A DNA stretch of 64,000 nucleotides from an uncultured Gemmatimonadales bacterium (GCA_963798915.1 CAWCVB010000002.1:720223-784222); one strand, 5' to 3'. Numbered from the stretch's first letter, positions 28,413 to 37,897 are shown. Translations and numbers: made by a program. Notes: generated by a model from the sequence alone, not told the origin.

Positions 28413-30182
28413 ATGCTCCGCATTGCCATTGCCCAGTTTCGGCCCGCCAAGGGCGCCTACCGACAGAATCTTGAGCGGCTGGGCACGCTCTTCCGGGAGC
28501 TGGCCGCCGGAGAGGAACCACCGGACCTGGTACTGACGGCTGAGGCGGCGCTGACCGGGTACTTTCTGGAGGGTGGTGTCCGGGAACTCGCCCGCAGCGC
28601 GGAAAGCCTGTTCCAGGATCTCGAGGAGACGCACGCCGCCAGCGGGGCGCCGCCGTTCGACATCTGCATCGGCTTCTACGAAGTGCATGACAACACCCTG
28701 CACAATTCAGCGATGTACGCGTCCCTGGGCGGCAGCGACGCGGGCATTCGGCATGTGCACCGCAAGGTCTTCCTGCCGACCTACGGCGTGTTCGATGAGG
28801 AGCGGTTCGTGGAGCCGGGGCGATCGGTCGAAGCCTTTGACACCCGGTGGGGGCGTGCCGCCGCGCTGATCTGCGAAGATGCCTGGCACAGCGTGATGCC
28901 GATGCTGGCCGCCCTCGACGGCGCCCAGATCCTGCTGGTGCCGAGCGCCAGCCCCGCACGCGGGATTACACCGGATGGCGACGACCAGCGGCCGGCGAGC
29001 CTGTCGCGCTGGGAACGTATCGCGCAGGACATGGCCGGCGAGCACGGCATCTACGTGGCCATTGCGCAACTGGTGGGTTTCGAGGGCGGGAAGGCGTTTC
29101 CCGGCGGCTCCCTGATCGCGGGCCCGCGTGGCGACCTGCTGGTGCGAGGCCCGGTCTTCGAAGACGCGCTGCTCCGGGCCGATCTCCCTCTGGAGGAAAT
29201 CACCCGGGCCCGGGCCGACATGCCGCTGCTCTCCGATCTGGAAATGCGGCTGCCACACTTGCTGGAGGGTCGAGGGTTGAGGGTCAAGCGTCAAGGGTCA
29301 AGGGTCGCGAGTCGCGGCTCGCGGGTCACCGGCTCGACATTCGAAGTTCGGCACCCGACGCTCGACGACCCGCTCGCCATCGAGGCCGGGCTGACGCGGA
29401 AGTGGCTGGTGGAGTTCATCCGGGACGAGCTTGGCCGCCGCCGCGGATTCAGCAAGGCGGTGCTCGGGCTTTCCGGCGGGGTGGACAGCTCGGTGGTGGC
29501 ATGGCTCGCGGCCGAGGCCCTTGGCCCTGCCAACGTGATTGGCGTGCGGATGCCATATCGCAGCTCGAGCGCTGAAAGTCTGGAGCATGCCGAACAGGTG
29601 GCACAGGCCACCGGCATCGAGTTGCGGACGGTGGACATCAGCGATGCCGTGGATGCGCTCACCCGCGCGATTGGCGGTGCGACGACGCCGACGCGACAGG
29701 GTAACATCATGGCCCGCACGCGCATGATCACGCTGTTCGACCTGTCCGCCGCCTGTTCGGCCCTGCCGCTCGGGACCGGCAACAAGTCGGAGCGCCTGCT
29801 GGGCTACTTCACCTGGCATGCCGACGACTCCCCACCGATCAATCCACTGGGTGACCTGTTCAAGACCCAGGTCTGGGCGCTCGCGCGCGAGCTCGGCATT
29901 CCCGAGGAGATCATCGCCAAGCCGGCCAGCGCGGACCTGATCACGGGACAGACCGACGAGGGTGACTTCGGCATCTCCTACGCCCGTGCCGACCTCATCC
30001 TGCACTGGATCCTGCTGGGCTATCGGACGGAGGAGATCGTGGCGCGCGGCTTTACTGCCGAGGAAGTGGCGCTGGTGCGTGGCCGGCTGGATTCCACCCA
30101 CTGGAAACGGAAGCTTCCCACCGTGGCGATGGTCAGCCAGACGGCGATCGGCGAGTACTACCTGCGACCGGTGGACTATTGA
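28413..30182 (+). CDS. nadE: Glutamine-dependent NAD+ synthetase
   Basis: Nitrilase domain (HRKVFLPTYGVFDEERF, LICEDAW) plus synthetase domain (LGLSGGVDS, GNIMARTRM, GTGNKSE, KPASADL). Confidence 0.95.
   Translation: MLRIAIAQFRPAKGAYRQNLERLGTLFRELAAGEEPPDLVLTAEAALTGYFLEGGVRELARSAESLFQDLEETHAASGAPPFDICIGFYEVHDNTLHNSAMYASLGGSDAGIRHVHRKVFLPTYGVFDEERFVEPGRSVEAFDTRWGRAAALICEDAWHSVMPMLAALDGAQILLVPSASPARGITPDGDDQRPASLSRWERIAQDMAGEHGIYVAIAQLVGFEGGKAFPGGSLIAGPRGDLLVRGPVFEDALLRADLPLEEITRARADMPLLSDLEMRLPHLLEGRGLRVKRQGSRVASRGSRVTGSTFEVRHPTLDDPLAIEAGLTRKWLVEFIRDELGRRRGFSKAVLGLSGGVDSSVVAWLAAEALGPANVIGVRMPYRSSSAESLEHAEQVAQATGIELRTVDISDAVDALTRAIGGATTPTRQGNIMARTRMITLFDLSAACSALPLGTGNKSERLLGYFTWHADDSPPINPLGDLFKTQVWALARELGIPEEIIAKPASADLITGQTDEGDFGISYARADLILHWILLGYRTEEIVARGFTAEEVALVRGRLDSTHWKRKLPTVAMVSQTAIGEYYLRPVDY
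29265..29371. repeat. In-frame heptamer array forming the NadE interdomain linker
   Basis: GAGGGTC GAGGGTT GAGGGTC AAGCGTC AAGGGTC AAGGGTC GCGAGTC...; encodes EGRGLRVKRQGSRVASRGSRV. Confidence 0.85.
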
Positions 30183-30280
30183 GGGTCGACAGTCGACAGT
30201 CGACAGTCGACAGTCGACCGTTGACCGTCGACCGTCGACCGTTGACCGTTGACTGAGGACCCATGACCCACGACTTCCAT
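30181..30280. repeat. Heptamer array from the nadE stop into the thioesterase start
   Basis: GAGGGTC GACAGTC x4 GACCGTT GACCGTC x2 GACCGTT x2 GACTGAG GACCCAT GACCCAC. Confidence 0.9.
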
Positions 30281-30727
30281 CCCATGTCCCACTCGCGCGG
30301 CGAGATCAGCACGTTCGTGATGCCGCACATGCAGAACGTGCTGGGCGATCTCTTCGGCGGAAACCTGATGGCGCTGGTGGATCAGGCTGCGGCGGTGGCC
30401 GCCATGCGCCATGCCGGCGGCCCGGCGGTGACGGCCGCGATCGATCGCGTGGACTTCAAGGAGCGAATCCGGCTGGGTGAGCTGGTGACCTGCCTTGCCA
30501 TGGTGGATTTCGTGGGTAACTCCTCGATGGACATCACCGTCACGGTTCACGCCGAGACGATCACCACCGGCCAGCGACGGCTCACGCATGTGGCGCATTG
30601 CGTGTTCGTGGCCATCGACGAGCAGGGCCGGCCGAAGCGGGTACCCCGGCTCGTGGCGGAAACCGAGGAGGAGCGGGCCCGGTTCGAAGCGGCGCGGCAG
30701 CACCGGGAACGGAGCAAGCGGGCATGA
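30263..30727 (+). CDS. Acyl-CoA thioesterase (YciA-like hotdog fold)
   Basis: VMPHMQNVLGDLFGGNLMALVD, VTAAIDRVDF, VGNSSM, VFVAIDEQGRP. Confidence 0.9.
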   Translation: MTHDFHPMSHSRGEISTFVMPHMQNVLGDLFGGNLMALVDQAAAVAAMRHAGGPAVTAAIDRVDFKERIRLGELVTCLAMVDFVGNSSMDITVTVHAETITTGQRRLTHVAHCVFVAIDEQGRPKRVPRLVAETEEERARFEAARQHRERSKRA

Positions 30728-31551
30728 CACGCGTGGTGGCGGCGCTCTCGGGGGGCGGCGCCAAGGCGGCAGCCCACGTGGGTGCCATTCGCGCGCTGGA
30801 CGAAGCGGACCTGCATGTCAGCCGGTATACCGGCACGTCGATGGGGGCGGTCATCGCGGCCGGTTTCTGTGCCGGGCTCGGCGCCGAGGAGGTGCTGTCC
30901 CAACTGGTTCAGGCGGGGAGCAGGGGTGTGGTGCGCCGGCTGCTCGCGCCGCTGGGCGGAATTTATGTGCAGGGCCTGATGCGGCCGGAGCCGCTCCGCA
31001 GGGCCATCGAGGCATTCCTGCCGGTAGGGCGATTTGCCGAACTCCGGCTGCCGCTGACGGTGACAGCGGTGGACCTCGACAGCGGGGAGCTGGTGTTGTT
31101 CGGCGATGGTGGCGAGGATGTGCCACTTGTGGACGCGCTGATGGCATCGTGCGCGCTGCCGGTCTTCTTTCCGGCGGTTCGCCTTGGTGGACGGCGGCTG
31201 GCCGACGGCGGGCTGCGTGGTGTGGTGCCACTGGAGCCGGCGCGCGCCGGCAATCCCGACCTGGTCGTTGCGGTGGATATTGGGCCCGGATTCGACGAGC
31301 TTGCATCAACGCCTTCACCCTATCCTTCACTGGTGCGGGCGCACAACGACGCGACCGGCATCCTGATGGCGGCCAACAGCGCGCTCGAGCTGGAACTCTG
31401 GCGCTCGGATCCGTCCCGGCCCCGGCTGGTGTACGTCCGGCCCAACGTCGAAAAGAACGTGACCTTTCGCATGGACCTGGCGCGCCGCTACTCCGATGAA
31501 GGGTATCGAGCGACGCGCGCCGCATTGAAGGAAGCAGGATTCTGCCAATGA
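30724..31551 (+). CDS. Patatin-like phospholipase
   Basis: LSGGGAK, GTSMG, DGG motifs; ATGA overlap. Confidence 0.92.
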   Translation: MTRVVAALSGGGAKAAAHVGAIRALDEADLHVSRYTGTSMGAVIAAGFCAGLGAEEVLSQLVQAGSRGVVRRLLAPLGGIYVQGLMRPEPLRRAIEAFLPVGRFAELRLPLTVTAVDLDSGELVLFGDGGEDVPLVDALMASCALPVFFPAVRLGGRRLADGGLRGVVPLEPARAGNPDLVVAVDIGPGFDELASTPSPYPSLVRAHNDATGILMAANSALELELWRSDPSRPRLVYVRPNVEKNVTFRMDLARRYSDEGYRATRAALKEAGFCQ

Positions 31552-31976
31552 CCCAGGCAACGCGGTTATTTACACTCGAGGAAGCGGAGCGCACGCTGCC
31601 GCTGGTGAGCCGCATTGTGGCGGACCTGGTGGCCGAGCATCCGGGCTGGCGAGCGGGGGTCTCGGAATACGAGGCCCTCTCGCTCGCTGCCACGCCGGAC
31701 AGCGGTGAGACCGACGCAATGGTCGCCGTCCGGACCGATGTGGCCCGGCGGGCCGAACGAATCGATGGCTTCCTCCACGAGCTGGAGGAGATCGGCTGCC
31801 TGTTCAAGGGCTTCGAGTCGGGGTTGGTGGACTTTCCTTCGCTCCGCAACGATGAGCCGGTCTATCTCTGCTGGCACCTGGGCGAGGAGCACATCATCGC
31901 CTGGCACGAAATGGAGATCGGCTTTGCCGGACGGCAGCCCATCGATGACGGCATTCTCTCGGAGGCCGATGCATGA
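31548..31976 (+). CDS. DUF2203 family protein
   Basis: FTLEEAERTLP, GLVDFP...VYLCWHLGE...WHE...GFAGRQP. Confidence 0.88.
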   Translation: MTQATRLFTLEEAERTLPLVSRIVADLVAEHPGWRAGVSEYEALSLAATPDSGETDAMVAVRTDVARRAERIDGFLHELEEIGCLFKGFESGLVDFPSLRNDEPVYLCWHLGEEHIIAWHEMEIGFAGRQPIDDGILSEADA

Positions 31977-32422
31977 GCTCCTTCTGGCTGCTGCTCCACT
32001 TCCTCGGTTTCGCGGCCTGGGTTGGCGGCGGGTTCGGTTCGATGGTGGCCGGAGTGGCCGGGAGGAAGGAGAGCCGCGCCGGGCTTGGCGCCATCGCCCG
32101 GGCCCAGGCGACCATTCTGAAAGTCATCATCGCGCCAGGCGCGGCACTGGTCGTGCTGTCCGGGCTGATCCTCACCCTCAGGATGATGAATGCGATGACG
32201 TCAGCGCTCAATTCCTGGCTGATGGTCATGCAGGGCGCCGGCATTCTGGGCGCGCTGGTGGTGCTGCTGGGTGGCCTGCCGATCGCATCGCGACTGGCGC
32301 GACTGGATCCCGAAGGTCCCCATGCTGACCGGTTCGACGAATTGCGGAACCGCCAGCGGCTCGTGGCATCGGTCGCGGGTGTACTGGCGCTGCTGGCGCT
32401 GGTGGCCGGGGTGCTTTCGTAG
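31973..32422 (+). CDS. Four-TM hypothetical membrane protein
   Basis: Hydrophobic helices, LLLHFLG..WVGG start; ATGA-coupled to DUF2203. Confidence 0.75.
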   Translation: MSSFWLLLHFLGFAAWVGGGFGSMVAGVAGRKESRAGLGAIARAQATILKVIIAPGAALVVLSGLILTLRMMNAMTSALNSWLMVMQGAGILGALVVLLGGLPIASRLARLDPEGPHADRFDELRNRQRLVASVAGVLALLALVAGVLS

Positions 32423-32476
32423 GACGGGCAGGATGGACCTCACCCGCGCGGGATTGCAGTCCGACACTCCCACAGT

Positions 32477-33667
32477 CTACTCCAGCACCACCGGCGTGGT
32501 GCTGCTCTGGCCTCCGTTGAGCAGCTGCCCCTCGTTGCCGCGACCCCAGCAGGCAACCGTTCCGGAGGCAGTCGAGCCGCAATAGTTCGTAAACCCCCCG
32601 GTCAGGGTGCTGAAGCGCAGGTCTCCCGACACAGGCGTCGGCTCGTCCGAACGGGTTGCGCTGCCAGCGGGATCCAGGCCCAACGCGCCATCCGTGTTTG
32701 CCCCCCAGCACCAGGCCTTGCTGTCAGCGTCGATTCCGCATGAGGTGTAGCGCGCCGAAGCGAGGCTGGAGAAGGCATGATGGCCGCTCACGGCGACCGG
32801 GTGATCGCTCTCAAGCGTGCCGGCACCCGCACCGAGCGCATCGATTCCCCAGCACCACGCTGCGCCGAGCCTGGTGAGCGCGCAGGCGTGAAGACCACCG
32901 GCGGCAATCTGCGTGAAGCCTTCGCCGATGCCCATGCGGATGGGCGTGCTCGAATGCTGATGCGTGATCACGTCGATGCCCCAGCACCACGCCACTCCGG
33001 CGACGTCGATCGCACAAGCGCCATTCTTGAAGGCGCTGACGGCAGCAAACTGCTTGCCTCCCGCCGCGACAATCGGCGTGCGACTGCACGGCAGTCCGCA
33101 GTCGTCACCAGCAGCATCGGTGCCCAGCTGGTCGGCCTCGTTGAGGCCCCAGCAGTAGACTTTTCCCGAGCGGCTGAGTCCGCAGGTGAAGAAATCGCCG
33201 GCCGTGAGTGAAGCGAAGTGCTCAGTGGTTGCCACCTTGGCGGGCCGGGCCTGGCAGGGAAAGCCATTGCAATCGTCGTCAGGTGTCGTGCCGATGCCAA
33301 GCTCCGCCTCACCGTTGTTGCCCCAGCACCAGGCCACGCCATCGGCGTCAAGAGCGCAGGTGTGCGCCGGTCCAGCAGTGATGGAAACAAACCGCTGGGC
33401 CACCGCCACTTCGACCTTGATCGTGTTTGCACTCGCCAGGCCATCACCGAGCTGGCCATACTGGCCCGCTCCCCAGCAGGTGGTGCCGCCACTGGCGATC
33501 TGGCAGAGGTGCCCTTGCCCGACGGCAAGTGCTGCCGCCGCTGAATTGCCGGATGGCGCCACCGCGTCGGAGCAGGCGGCACCCAACACGGCAAACAAGC
33601 TCATTGCCCAGCGCATCCAGGCGCTCACCCTCCTGACTTCGTCCGGTGTCAGATGCATGGAGTGCAT
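32477..33667 (-). CDS. RCC1/BLIP-II repeat lipoprotein, paralog 3
   Basis: Lipobox GAAC; seven H/TC..(G.A)WCWG repeats; start overlaps upstream stop (TGATG). Confidence 0.85.
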   Translation of the reverse strand: MHSMHLTPDEVRRVSAWMRWAMSLFAVLGAACSDAVAPSGNSAAAALAVGQGHLCQIASGGTTCWGAGQYGQLGDGLASANTIKVEVAVAQRFVSITAGPAHTCALDADGVAWCWGNNGEAELGIGTTPDDDCNGFPCQARPAKVATTEHFASLTAGDFFTCGLSRSGKVYCWGLNEADQLGTDAAGDDCGLPCSRTPIVAAGGKQFAAVSAFKNGACAIDVAGVAWCWGIDVITHQHSSTPIRMGIGEGFTQIAAGGLHACALTRLGAAWCWGIDALGAGAGTLESDHPVAVSGHHAFSSLASARYTSCGIDADSKAWCWGANTDGALGLDPAGSATRSDEPTPVSGDLRFSTLTGGFTNYCGSTASGTVACWGRGNEGQLLNGGQSSTTPVVLE

Positions 33668-34857
33668 CACGGCATGACGACGACCGGTGTTCCGCTGTTC
33701 TGTCCACCGTTGACCAGTTGGCCCTCTTCGCCCCGTCCCCAGCATACCAGCGATCCCTCGGCGGTCAGGCCACAATAGTTGGCCATCTCGCCCGCCAGGG
33801 CGGTGAAGGAGAAATTGCCCGACACCGGCGTTGGTTCGTAGTACTGCGTCACCGTGCCATCGCGCTCGACTCCGACCTCGCCATTGCCATTGGCGCCCCA
33901 GCAGAACGCGTGACCCTGCTGGTCCAATCCACAGGACGTGACACGGCCGGACTGAATCTGGCGGAACGAGTGCCCACCGATCACGGGGACGGGAACGACG
34001 GTGAGCAGCACGCTCTCCCCCGCGCCCAGGGCATCCAGCCCCCAGCACCAGGCAGCGCCCCCGGCATCCAATGCGCAGGCATGAAAACCGCCAGACGCGA
34101 TTTCAGTGAAGACCAGGCTGTCGCTGACCAGGGCGGGGGCAAGGGTGGGCGATTCGCCGCGGTGACGTTCGACGTCACCCGAGGCGTCGTAGCCCCAGCA
34201 CCAGGCCTTGCCGTCCGGCGCAAGCGCACAGACATGCGCCTTGCCGGCCGAGATCCGGTTGAAGTGCGCGCCATTGGCGGCCAGCAGGGGAGTGCGGCTG
34301 CAGCGAAGCGACTCGCAGGTGTCGCCACTCGCGGTGGTGCCCAGCTGCCCCTCGTCGTTCAGCCCCCAGCAAAGCACTGAGCCCGCGACGGTGAGTCCAC
34401 AGGTGAAGCCGTACCCGGCGGCCAGCGCGCTGAAGCGATCCGAGGTGGCGACCTTCACCGGCACAGTCTGGCATGCGATCCCGCCGCAATGCTGGTCAGG
34501 CAGTGATCCCGTCCCCAGCTCGCCACCGAAATTGGAGCCCCAGCACCAGGCCGCCCCCGCGTCGTCAATGGCGCAGGTATGGGTGTAGCCGGCGGCGATC
34601 GAGCGGAAATGGGGCGGATCGGACAGGGGGACAGGAATGGTTTCAGCGGGTTGTGTGCCAATGCCGAGCTGGCCCAGAGTGCCGCGTCCCCAGCAGCGTG
34701 TGCTGGTGTCAGTGACGCGGCAAAGATGGGTTTCACCGATGGCGACCAGGGCCGGGGCTGGCGCCGTTTCCGGTCCGGGCCCGGGCCCGGTCGAATCGGA
34801 ACAGGCGAGTGCCAGCATCGCCGTGAGCGACAGTCCTGCCAGCCGGCCGGGCGTCAC
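33667..34857 (-). CDS. RCC1/BLIP-II repeat lipoprotein, paralog 2
   Basis: GTG start, lipobox ALAC; AGYTHTCA...AWCWGSN..GELG repeats. Confidence 0.85.
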   Translation of the reverse strand: MTPGRLAGLSLTAMLALACSDSTGPGPGPETAPAPALVAIGETHLCRVTDTSTRCWGRGTLGQLGIGTQPAETIPVPLSDPPHFRSIAAGYTHTCAIDDAGAAWCWGSNFGGELGTGSLPDQHCGGIACQTVPVKVATSDRFSALAAGYGFTCGLTVAGSVLCWGLNDEGQLGTTASGDTCESLRCSRTPLLAANGAHFNRISAGKAHVCALAPDGKAWCWGYDASGDVERHRGESPTLAPALVSDSLVFTEIASGGFHACALDAGGAAWCWGLDALGAGESVLLTVVPVPVIGGHSFRQIQSGRVTSCGLDQQGHAFCWGANGNGEVGVERDGTVTQYYEPTPVSGNFSFTALAGEMANYCGLTAEGSLVCWGRGEEGQLVNGGQNSGTPVVVMP

Positions 34858-34858
34858 C

Positions 34859-36043
34859 TCACGTTCCCAGTGCCAAGGTGACCGGTGTGGCACTGTCCGC
34901 GTCGCCGTTGAGGAGGAGGCCGTCATCTCCCCGTCCCCAGCAGGCCACGGTTCCCGTGGTGGTGGTTCCGCAGAATGTTCCGCCTCCCCCATCCAGGCGG
35001 GTAAAGCGCAGGTTGCCCGAGATGGCCTGGGGCGAATCGAACAACACGGTGGAGCCCAGCGGCTCGACACCCACGGAGCCGTCCAGGTTGGCACCCCAGC
35101 AGAAGACTCGTCCGTCCTTCTCCAGCGCGCAGGTGCTGGCGCGGCCGGCGCGGATGGCGGTAAAGCGATGCTCCCCGGCCACGGGAACCGGATGGTCCGC
35201 CTCGAGGATCGCGGGTCCAGCTCCGATGGCATCCAGCCCCCAGCACCAGGCCTGACCATCGGAACGAAGGGCGCAGGTGTGGTATCCGCCTGATGCGATG
35301 GATGTGAACTCGAGGGTATCGCTGTTGAGCGCCGGCTCGGGCGAGAACATGTGCACGTGCGCGCCATCCACGGTGTGGCCGTCGTAGCCCCAGCACCAGG
35401 CCTCCCCAGCCGCGTTCAGCGCGCACAGATGCGACTGGCCCGCGGTGATCCGGCGATACACCTGTGCCGGATCGCCCGAGGCGATCGGCTGGCGGCTGCA
35501 GCGAAGTCCGTCGCAGGTCTCCGTCGTGGCAGTGGTACCAAGCTGGCCTTTGTCGTTGCGCCCCCAGCAGAAGATCGCTCCGCCGGAGGTGAGCCCACAG
35601 GTGAAGGAGTCTCCGGCCGCGAGTTGCGTGAATCGCTGGCTGGTTGCGACGGCGACCGGGCGGGTCTGGCATGGCAGCCCGGCGCAATTCTGGTCAGGTG
35701 AAGACCCGGTCCCGAGCTCGCCACCAAAGTTCGATCCCCAGCACCAGGCGGCGCCGCTGGCATCAAGGCCGCAGGTATGGGTATATCCCGCCGTGACGAA
35801 CTGGAATGTGGCTGCATCGCTGACCGGAGTGGGGACGCGGGCCGGCTCGGTCGTGCCATTGCCGAGCTCGCCAAGCGCACCCTGTCCCCAGCAGGTGGTC
35901 CCGCCCGGCGTCACGGAACAGATGTGGCGACTGCTGATGGCAAGCGTCTGCGGAGCGGGTGGCTCCGACGGGCCGGTGGCATCGGAGCACGCGAGTGCCA
36001 CGAGGGCGACGAGGGCGACGAGGCCAAGGGTAGCGGATCGCAT
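34859..36043 (-). CDS. RCC1/BLIP-II repeat lipoprotein, paralog 1
   Basis: Lipobox ALAC; same repeat pattern as the two neighbours. Confidence 0.85.
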   Translation of the reverse strand: MRSATLGLVALVALVALACSDATGPSEPPAPQTLAISSRHICSVTPGGTTCWGQGALGELGNGTTEPARVPTPVSDAATFQFVTAGYTHTCGLDASGAAWCWGSNFGGELGTGSSPDQNCAGLPCQTRPVAVATSQRFTQLAAGDSFTCGLTSGGAIFCWGRNDKGQLGTTATTETCDGLRCSRQPIASGDPAQVYRRITAGQSHLCALNAAGEAWCWGYDGHTVDGAHVHMFSPEPALNSDTLEFTSIASGGYHTCALRSDGQAWCWGLDAIGAGPAILEADHPVPVAGEHRFTAIRAGRASTCALEKDGRVFCWGANLDGSVGVEPLGSTVLFDSPQAISGNLRFTRLDGGGGTFCGTTTTGTVACWGRGDDGLLLNGDADSATPVTLALGT

Positions 36044-36079
36044 GACCGGATGACGCAAGTGGGATGAGTGGATGCACAT

Positions 36080-36679
36080 TTACCGGCTCACCAGCGAATC
36101 GAGCGCAATCCAGTTCACTTCCCAGGTCTTGCCTCCATCATCGGAAAACGCCTGCTCGAACCTGCATGATCGTTCGGTGATGTCGGACCACACGTTGCGC
36201 ACCAGTATCGCCCTGCCGTTGAATATCTCCTGATCATGGAATTCGCCCCGGCCACTTTTGAATTCACCGATGGTGGGCACGCTGATCGTGCCAACGCGGC
36301 TACTGGCGGAGTTGAGACTCCACTGGCGCGACTGGGGATTGTAAAGGCGCAATGACAGGGCTTCGAGATGTCCCGCCGGGCCATCGGCGATCAATTCCAC
36401 CAGGTTGGCCTTGCCGTTCCAGATGGTCCGCACCACCGATGTGCCCTCGTAGGTCACCCACGAGGTGGAGCCGCTCAGCGGATGCTCCAGCCGGGAAAGG
36501 TGCGTTTTCCAGGTGCCGATCTCAAAGTCGAAGTCATGCTGACCGTCACGCGCCGGGGGCCGGGCGGGATTGCGCGCCGCCGGCCGGCCGCCGACCTGCT
36601 GCTCGTTGCCGTCGGGTGGCTGCCAGAAGAGAGTGGCACATACCAGAAAAAACATCCCATGCTGCCTGATCGGGCCCAT
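36080..36679 (-). CDS. Conserved hypothetical beta-barrel protein (DUF1579-like)
   Basis: DGQHDFDFEIGTW, LRLYNP..QW, FEQAFSDDGGKTWEVNW; GGAGG RBS. Confidence 0.75.
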   Translation of the reverse strand: MGPIRQHGMFFLVCATLFWQPPDGNEQQVGGRPAARNPARPPARDGQHDFDFEIGTWKTHLSRLEHPLSGSTSWVTYEGTSVVRTIWNGKANLVELIADGPAGHLEALSLRLYNPQSRQWSLNSASSRVGTISVPTIGEFKSGRGEFHDQEIFNGRAILVRNVWSDITERSCRFEQAFSDDGGKTWEVNWIALDSLVSR

Positions 36680-36799
36680 GCCTGCCTCCATGTGTCGCAG
36701 CCAGTCGCGTCGCGCGTACGCGCGCCGAGCGGTGCCACGGCTGTCGGCACCGGCACGGTTGGCTGCGTGCGCCAATTTAGGAAAGACGGCGGCGCTGAT

Positions 36800-37648
36800 C
36801 TAGGACGGAAGGTGCGGCCCGGTACCGGTGTTGCATTGCTGGCTGGCGGAACGGAATTGTGCGGGACTCATGCCGGTCTGCTGCCGGAACACCCGCGAAA
36901 AATGACTCTGGTCGAAGAAGCCGGCGTGCAGGCTGATTTCGGCAAGCGATGCGCTGGTGTCGCTGAGCTCGCTCAGGGCGTGCTGGATGCGCAGGCGGCG
37001 AATGTACTCCCCAATGGAAAGATGCTGGTGCTGCCTGAAGGTGCGCGCGAGGTGGGCGGGATGCACGCCCACTTCGCGCGCAACGAGCGAGAGCGTGAGC
37101 GGCCCGGCGTAGCCGTCGTGAATCAGGTCAAGGGCCCGTCGCAGCCAGGCAGGCGGCCGGGCGGAAGGCGGCTTGTCAGCTGCCCGTGACGCTTCGCCCA
37201 GCAATTCGAGGATCAGGCCCTCGAGAACCACGGCCGAAAAGGCATCGCCGCCGGAGAATTCCCGGAAGATGCGATGACCGAGCGCGGCCAGCGTCCCGTT
37301 GCGCAGCAGACCCGGACGCGTGGTGACCGGCGCCCTATCGTGCATGGCCGCCAGCCGGCCAGGGGTGATCTCCAGCAGCAGGCAATTGCCGCCCAGGCGG
37401 CCGAACTTGTTGACGTGCCGCTCGAAGGCCGGCTTGAAGACCAGCGAGTGAGGTGGGCATTCCTGCTCCCGAACGCCAATCCGTTCGGTGTACGAGCCGG
37501 AGAGCACGAAGCAGATGCTGGCATCGTCATGTTCGTGCCAGGGAAGATGCTGATGCGGTGGCTGGGAGAATTGCGTGAGCGCAAAGCCGCCGATGGACTT
37601 CGATCTGGTCATGCCCCACACGGAGGGGTCTGTGGAACAGGTTGTCAT
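36800..37648 (-). CDS. AraC family transcriptional regulator
   Basis: Cupin LPWHEH; GVHPAHLARTF; AGFFDQSHFSRVFRQQTGMSPAQFR. Confidence 0.93.
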   Translation of the reverse strand: MTTCSTDPSVWGMTRSKSIGGFALTQFSQPPHQHLPWHEHDDASICFVLSGSYTERIGVREQECPPHSLVFKPAFERHVNKFGRLGGNCLLLEITPGRLAAMHDRAPVTTRPGLLRNGTLAALGHRIFREFSGGDAFSAVVLEGLILELLGEASRAADKPPSARPPAWLRRALDLIHDGYAGPLTLSLVAREVGVHPAHLARTFRQHQHLSIGEYIRRLRIQHALSELSDTSASLAEISLHAGFFDQSHFSRVFRQQTGMSPAQFRSASQQCNTGTGPHLPS

Positions 37649-37688
37649 GCCCGGATGGACGCGGCAGGCGGGCAGGGGTGCACATGGC

Positions 37689-37870
37689 GGGTCGCGGGTC
37701 GCGGGTCGCGGGTCATGGGTCATGGGTCATGGGTCATGGGTCATGGGTCATGGGTCGAGGGTCATGGGTCGAGGGTCGCGGGTCATGGGTCATGGGTCAT
37801 GGGTCATGGGTCATGGGTCATGGGTCATGGGTCATGGGGCGTGGGGCATGGGTCGAGGGTCGCGCGTCGC
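37689..37870. repeat. 26-unit heptamer tandem array (GGGTCAT consensus)
   Basis: 182 bp in unbroken 7-bp phase: GGGTCGC x3, GGGTCAT (majority), GGGTCGA variants. Confidence 0.97.
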
Positions 37871-37897
37871 GGGCCGGGCTCACCGAGCCTTGCCGTT

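Noticed and set aside
28393..28460. Fluoride riboswitch upstream of crcB
   Set aside because: GGCAATGG is present but the pseudoknot and 3' consensus are not, and the region is nadE coding sequence
37689..37870. CRISPR array (also considered for 54320 and 58262)
   Set aside because: Contiguous 7-8 bp units without unique spacers; no cas genes in the window
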